Below, one piece after another: positions 57,767 through 64,000 of a stretch of 64,000 nt of DNA. Source of the DNA: Eledone cirrhosa (Eukaryota); NCBI GenBank assembly GCA_964016885.1, contig OZ024742.1, positions 177,196,001 through 177,260,000 on the forward strand, in the 5' to 3' direction. The position numbers and the translations under genes were made by a program. Positions within the stretch are counted from its first letter, which is position 1. The number at the start of each line of letters is the position of its first letter. The notes beneath the pieces were generated by a model that saw nothing but the letters and a program-made list of their open reading frames with translations, was not told the origin of the DNA and searched no databases.

Positions 57767-59715
57767 CAGTTGCATTTATCTTGCTTTATGTTCATACGAG
57801 TTATCACCAAGTCACAACCAGTGACCTCAAGAGACAACAAGGTCCGCCATGTTCAAGAAAGAACATACATATTCACACATGCATCTTTAGTGTTTGGACT
57901 TGTGATGTACTTATATTGACAGAATCTTCCTTAGTATATGGGCAGTTCCCATTAGTACTATCTTTTGTATTTCTTCTATACGCGGGTTTCCTGGGATTTG
58001 CGATAAGTAGTCATTAGACCCCTTAGGTATCATACCCACTGGTATTGTTTCAGTTCTCAATTTCCACATTTTTCCAATTTCTATCTCCAGGTCCTTATAC
58101 TTGCTCAATTTTTCAAATGTTTTTATAGATACATTCTAGTCTATTGGAACAGACATATCAATTAGCAGGCATACCCTCTTTTGAAAGTCCTTCAATATTA
58201 TATCAGGTCTATTTGTATCTATTTTTCGGTCTGTTTGGATGCTAAAGTTCCACAAGATTGAGATGTGATCTTTTTCAAGTATGGGAGGTGGTTGATGCTC
58301 CCACCAAATCTTTTGATGGGGCAGGTCAATATGCTTACACATTATCCAATGTATGTATTGTGCAGCTCTGTCATGCCTGTTTAGCTATTCGGTTGGAGCT
58401 ATAGGACTGCACATTGAAATTATATGGTCAATGGTCTCTGGTTGTTTTTTGCATACACGGCATAATGGGATGCATCCATTTTTTATTATGTTGGCTTGGT
58501 AATTTTTTGTTGGCAGACACTGATCTTGTGCTGATATTATCAGTCCTTCAGTCTCCGATTTCAGTCCAGAGGATGCCAACCACTGATGGGTTAAAGTTTT
58601 GTCAACATCAGGATTGTTAGCTCGCTCTGGGTATTTTCCATACAGAGGCTTTTCTTGCCATTTCTTAGCCAGTTTCTGTAGCAGTTCTTTCTTTGCAGTT
58701 ACTTTTACCTGCTTTGCTTTTTCTGTGTTTTCCATTTCAGCAGTAAATGGCACTTCTGAAATCTGTAGTCCATTACTGTATCTTTGTGCATCTTTTGTAA
58801 TGGAATATGATCTTTTGATGCTTTCGTGTTTCAAAACGAGTTTGATCATCCAATCATGTGATTCCCTTAGATATATAGATAATCCAATTGTTGCAGTTTT
58901 CAACGTAATGTCTAACTGGATTAACCCACGTCCTCCTTCTTTCCTAGGGAGATATATTCTATCTATATCTGCCTTAGGGTGATGCATTCTGCGCATGGTG
59001 AAGAATTTTCGAATTTTTGTATCGAGCCTACGGATCTCTGTGCTTGACCAGTTGATGACATTGTAACTGTAGGTTACTACTGGTATGACAAGCGTGTTTA
59101 TGGCATCGATCCTATTCCTTGCATTCAATTCCGTTCTTAAGATTGCTCTTACTCTGCGGTAACATTCCTTCCTTATCCTTTCCCGCATTGTCGAGTGCTT
59201 GATTCCGTCTCCTTCACAAACACCTAGATATTTGTAAGTTTTTTCTTGATCAAGTTCTCTTATCACGTTCCCCCGATCAAGATTAATGTCTGAACTCTTC
59301 AGCAGCTTTCCTCTGGTGAACGTTGCTTTGGCGCATTTATCTAGTCCAAACTCCATTTTAATGTCATCACTGAACTGCTCTACAGTGGATAATAGCCCTT
59401 GCAATTGTTCATCATTTTTTGCAAATAGTTTCAGGTCATCCATGTAGAACAGGTGATTAATGGTTTTGTCATAGACTTTATATCCATGTTTTGTTTCATT
59501 GAGCATTTTACTTAATGGTATAAGTGCGATGCAGAATAAAAGCGGTGATAAAGAGTCATCCTGAAAAATTCCACAATTAATATTAACTTCTCCATCTTCC
59601 AGTGATTTTGTTTCACTATTCAAAAGTAGTGTCGTTTTCCATGTCTTCATACTGAATGACAAAAACCTCCTGACAACGGGGGATATTTTGAAAATCTCTA
59701 AACATCTTTAAATCA
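57767..59715 (-). mobile_element. Second R4/Dong-clade LINE (RT + CCHC + RLE), 5' truncated, 3' end in (TAA)n
   Basis: GIFQDDSLSPLLF, NHLFYMDDLKL, YKYLG, RIYLPRKEGGRGL, CRVC..ETIDHIISMC, NRPDII..LIDMSVP, KYKDL, QKIVLMGTAHILRK. Premature stops at 58385 and 58136. Confidence 0.92.
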
Positions 59716-60003
59716 ATTGTGAAATAACAATTCTTAGTACAAACGTTGCATAAACCACCGAATCAGGTCCCATAAAGTTTCGGATCCATATTATATTGTT
59801 GTATCGCTCAAATATTCAATTTTGTATTATATATTTTGTATTCAAAAAAAGAAAATGGTTATAAATGGGAAAAAAACACCCTCTGTCTACACTATATAGA
59901 ACAGCCAAATAAAAGCAATTTCACCAACACCAGAAACTTGATACACCACCTATCCCATCACACTAAATATAACAGCCAGATAACGGCAATTTCACCAGCA
60001 TCA

Positions 60004-60027
60004 TAATAATAATTACAATTATTATTA

Positions 60028-60092
<65 letters not shown>
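60004..60092 (+). repeat. (ATT)n microsatellite
   Basis: Directly visible; abuts the putative 5' end of the Tx1-like LINE. Confidence 0.9.
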
Positions 60093-60301
60093 GGCGACCT
60101 ACGTAGTAAATCGTATCATCGTGAGCTCCGCAAAGGTTTGTTATTTCCGTTTGTTAAAAATTGCCATTTATGGAAAATTGTTATTGTTAACCATATATAA
60201 GCGCACATACATTGTTTTTTGAAAAGGACACCCAAAAGGTTTGGGGCCTTGTGCCCAAAATTTAAACTTTTATTATTATCAAAAAATTTCTTTGAAAAAA
60301 A

Positions 60302-62230
60302 ATGGCTAATTCAGCTCTGCACCAAGCAGCTGAAAGCCTTTCTCACAAATTAACACCTCACACCGACACCACCATTGTAAATGTTACTACGTTTGCCAAC
60401 ACTAAAAAAAATATAAGCACTAGCAATATTTTAAATTTGTCTCAGGCAGACATTCATTTCCCGCCATTACCAATGACTGCAGGTGTTAAAGCCTCAACCA
60501 CCACAACCACCGCGACAACCACCACCCCCACCGCCACCGCGACAACAGAAACAAAAGAAGAAAAAAATAAATTAACTCGTGATTTTGAAATGAAATCAAG
60601 CAAAATGGACTCTTCCCCACCAAAGACGACTGACGTCACCACCACCACAACTGAAACTAAAATTAATATTAACACAAATAACGATAGCAACAACAACAAC
60701 AATGACATTATAAAAACCACCCTCAGTTTCGCCAGAGTAGCAAAACAGTTCGAAGCATTTACGGTAACTCAGGAGGATTTAGAAAATGCCAAACAAATGG
60801 TAAAGAAAGATGGGTACATGGTCAGCCTCACCCCCTCCCCCACCTAATAAAATGGAGCATCGGCGCCTATGCGCCGTGTCGTATCGAACAATAAATGTAA
60901 AATCGCGCCGAGTGGAATGGGCATCCGAGTCCCAAATCCAAAAAGCTTTGGGACATGTCTGGGCAAGAAAAACCCACATCAGACGTGGGCAAAAGTATGG
61001 AACCGTGGACGTGTTCTTTGAAACACCAGAGGAGGCTAGAGAACACTCCATGGCCCCATTAAGAAGTGACGACTTCACACTCGTCCCAAGCTATTGTGGC
61101 CAGAGACTCGTAAAGATCAGGGTGACCCACGTTCCACCGGCCATCGAAATTCCCTGGCTAATAGCGGCCGTCCTCGCCGGCATCGAAGCCAACACAAAAA
61201 GTAATAACAATAGCAAAAGAAAAGTAGGAGAACTGGTCCGGATCTGGGATGGAGCTCCTGATGCAAGCTGACCAAAAAAGCATTGAGGAGATCCCAGAGG
61301 TAATAGACCTCACTGACGGCAGCCACCCCACGGTAATTGTCGAGGGCAGAAGACCTAGGTGTGTCGTTTGTGGTGAAGGAACACACCTAAGGGCTTTCTG
61401 CCCTCAGGCTAAAAGGTTGAGGCCACCTCTCCTACCCACCCCAGTGACAAAACCATCAACACCACCAGTAGCAGAGATGGCACCAACAATTGTAGCAGCA
61501 ACAACAGAAGCAACTATAACAGCAACAATCCCAGCAACAGTAGCAAAACAAACACCACCACCACCACCACCAGCAAAACCAACACCACCACCACCCAACG
61601 CTTCAGAACTAGCACCAGCGCCTACACCATCCACCATGCCACAACCAAAACTAACGCCTGTGGAGGATTTTCCACTCTCCGGCCTATCACAACTGGAGAC
61701 AGATTGTGACGACGAGGAGTGGGAAACGATATCCGGAAAAAAAAAGAAACCAATAAAGAAAAAATTCTCTTCCTTCCCCCTCCAAAAACAGAATACAGAG
61801 GGAAACAAATTAACTAAGAAACAAAAAAGTTAGGACAGATATGCCACCATCCACCCCAGCATCACCAACCCCATCATTCCAAACACCAACACCATCACCA
61901 TCATTAACCCCAACACCACCATCACCTACACCACAAAAGTCACCAAAATGCGAAACAGAAACAAACCCACAACAAACGCAAACAAAACAAAGCAACCAAA
62001 ACGATACACACTACACAGCATTAAATTTGAACAACAAGTAATTATTACACTACATCCAACACAGCACCAGCATCACAGAAAAAGACTACACAACAACCCC
62101 AAAATTCACACCTCCTCCACACATACAAATCACTCGCATCACACAGAAAACGTACATGACACTAAAAAAAAAATTCCCCAAAGGCATCGGAGACTTCCGA
62201 CAAGCACTCTCCAGGAGGATTTATAAGGAC
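60302..62230 (+). pseudogene. LINE ORF1 (RRM-like region + CX2CX4HX4C knuckle + Pro/Thr-rich tail), frameshifted
   Basis: GTVDVFF..EA, VKIRVTHVPP, VIVEGRRPRCVVCGEGTHLRAFCP, spread over ORFs 60302, 60810 and 61249. Confidence 0.8.
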
Positions 62231-62336
62231 ATCCTTCCTGAAGAGGCCACAAGCAGTGAAAAGGATGGAAAAACAGTCCTTCCCCTACGAGAAGTAAGGT
62301 AAGTGGTCTTTCCCATCTTTTCCACTCCTTTTCAAC

Positions 62337-64000
62337 ATGACCTCACTCAGAATAGGCAGCATAAATGCGCGTGGCTTGGGGTCGTCATGGAAGCAGGGCC
62401 ACCTGCTCAACGACCTCAGGTCACTAAACATAGATGTAGTGGCCATCAGCGAGACCAGAATCTCCGAAGCACAGACGAGGACCCGCATCTCCCAGCCGTC
62501 CGGGATCCGGGGGAGGAGTTGCTGTGCTTTTTCGGAGAGGTTTGGATCTTGCCATACGGGCCATCTTCTTGGACCCAGATGGTAAGTTGGTGGTGCTGGA
62601 CGTGACCAGCGGAGACGGGCAAGCTTTCAGGTTAGTGGCCGTCTATGCCCCGACATGAGCAGGGCGGCCTGATTTCTTCCGGCGTCTGGAGACCTTTCTT
62701 GGAACGTCCCGCTCTTTAGTGTTAGTGGGCGACTGGAACGGGATCTTAGATGCACGCTGGGATTGTGTGGGATTAGTGGATAGGGAAGGAGGGTGCAAGA
62801 GTCTCACCAACCTGTTCAGATGTTTTGAACTGTCTGACAGGTACCGAATGGATTTCGCGAATGTACCAATGTGGACTTGGACAAATCGAATAGGGTCATC
62901 CAGATCATATCTAGATAGAGTATTTTGTAGGGAAATAGATAGGTCTAGCATAGGCTGTCCACAATTCAAGAAAGTCAGCTACACGGACCACAAATTCGTG
63001 ATCTGTGTGCTTGACTGAAATAGGCTTCATAGACGAGGACCCGGCTACTGGAAGCTAAACGCGTCTTTACCAGCGCGCAAGGCCTACATAGACCGGATTA
63101 GAGAACTATTTAAGCGGGCGTTGACGGGGGCCATCGTCAACAACAAGTGGTGGTTTGCTCTGAAAAGAGCAATTAGAATAGAGTCCATTAGGTTTAGTAA
63201 GACTTTAGCAATAGAGAAAAATAGAGCAGAGGGAGAATTAGTTAGAAAATTAGATGAGGCACTTAGCAAAGGCATCGCGACCGACGTACTTGCGGCGAAA
63301 TTGGCCCTTGACCAATTCTTCAATGCAAAGCACGAAGGCTGCGTTGTCAGGGTTAGGGTGCGTGCTCTCAGACACGAGGGGACGAAAGCCGTTCAATGGG
63401 CCCGAGTGGCGGAGGCGCGTCGTGGCAACAAAGCCCCGATCCGGTCTTTGGTGGACCACGACGGGCGCATGCTACTCGATCCCGGGAAAATGTGTGAAGC
63501 TTTTCAGCGACACTTCGCTCAACTGTTCGGGGGGAGTGGCGGACCGGATCGAGGGATGGACTTTAGTGTCTACCTCGACGGACTGCCGCGGCTTTCGGCC
63601 ACTGAGGCGGAGTGTTGCGAAAAGCCGATAACAACCGCTGAAGTACGGGATGCAATGACTAGTTGCACAAGGGGTAAATCGCCTGGTTTGGATGGTCTGC
63701 CCTATGAACTTTACGTACAAATGCCAGACTTGTTCGGAGGGCTCTTGGCGGACGTCTACTGCAACTGGCAACAGAACGGGAGAATTCCCAGCTCTGTGAG
63801 CCGAGGAGCGGTGGCGCTGCTGAGAAAGGATCCGAACAAGGGGGATAACATAGATAATTTTAGGCCCATAACTCTGCTAAACACAGAGTTCAAGATTTTG
63901 GCCAAGGTGCTAGCAAAGAGGTTGGCGCTTGTCGTTGTGGTCTGGTGGGAGAGGCACAGACATGCGCCATTCCCGACAGATCCATCCACGACAACCTCCA
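62337..64000 (+). pseudogene. LINE ORF2: AP endonuclease and start of RT, frameshifted
   Basis: SINARGL, DVVAISET, VGDWN, WTWTN, SYLDRVF, TDH, GYWKLN, KSPGLDGLPYE, NFRPITLLNTEFKILAKVLAKRL. Confidence 0.9.

Larger units (their letters stand above)
60093..64000 (+). mobile_element. Tx1/L1-clade non-LTR retrotransposon (ORF1 + APE-RT ORF2), decayed, continuing past the window
   Basis: ORF1 fragments with a CCHC knuckle; ORF2 with APE and RT motifs; starts directly after (ATT)n. Confidence 0.9.

Noticed and set aside
60093-60180. HDV-like ribozyme at the LINE 5' end
   Set aside because: I could not identify the nested double pseudoknot by eye; a descriptor search would be needed.

Overview
AT-rich, microsatellite-dense eukaryotic DNA, most consistent with an octopus/cephalopod genome (inferred from repeat content). 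No host protein-coding gene could be recognised; most ORFs in the track are translations of (TA)n/(CA)n tracts. The window is almost entirely retroelements: at least five Penelope-like elements (PLEs; RT + C-terminal GIY-YIG) with inverted pseudo-LTRs, one of them young with an uninterrupted RT-EN frame (25080-26627); two decayed R4/Dong-type RLE LINEs; a Tx1/L1-type LINE running off the right end; RTE fragments; four copies of a tRNA-derived SINE; and a non-autonomous Helitron. The main signal not shown by the ORF track is a very high density of type I hammerhead ribozyme (HHR) motifs. About 17 copies from about 8 sequence families have intact CUGANGA/GAAA/NUH cores, and there are further degenerate copies. 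They sit in PLE pseudo-LTRs and in small non-coding fold-back elements with the layout tail + arm + inverted arm, inserted in (TA)n. Several families have 80-116 nt stem II extensions, non-G-C pairs at the base of stem II, and palindromic minimal stems III. All RNA folds were read by eye and have not been computed.
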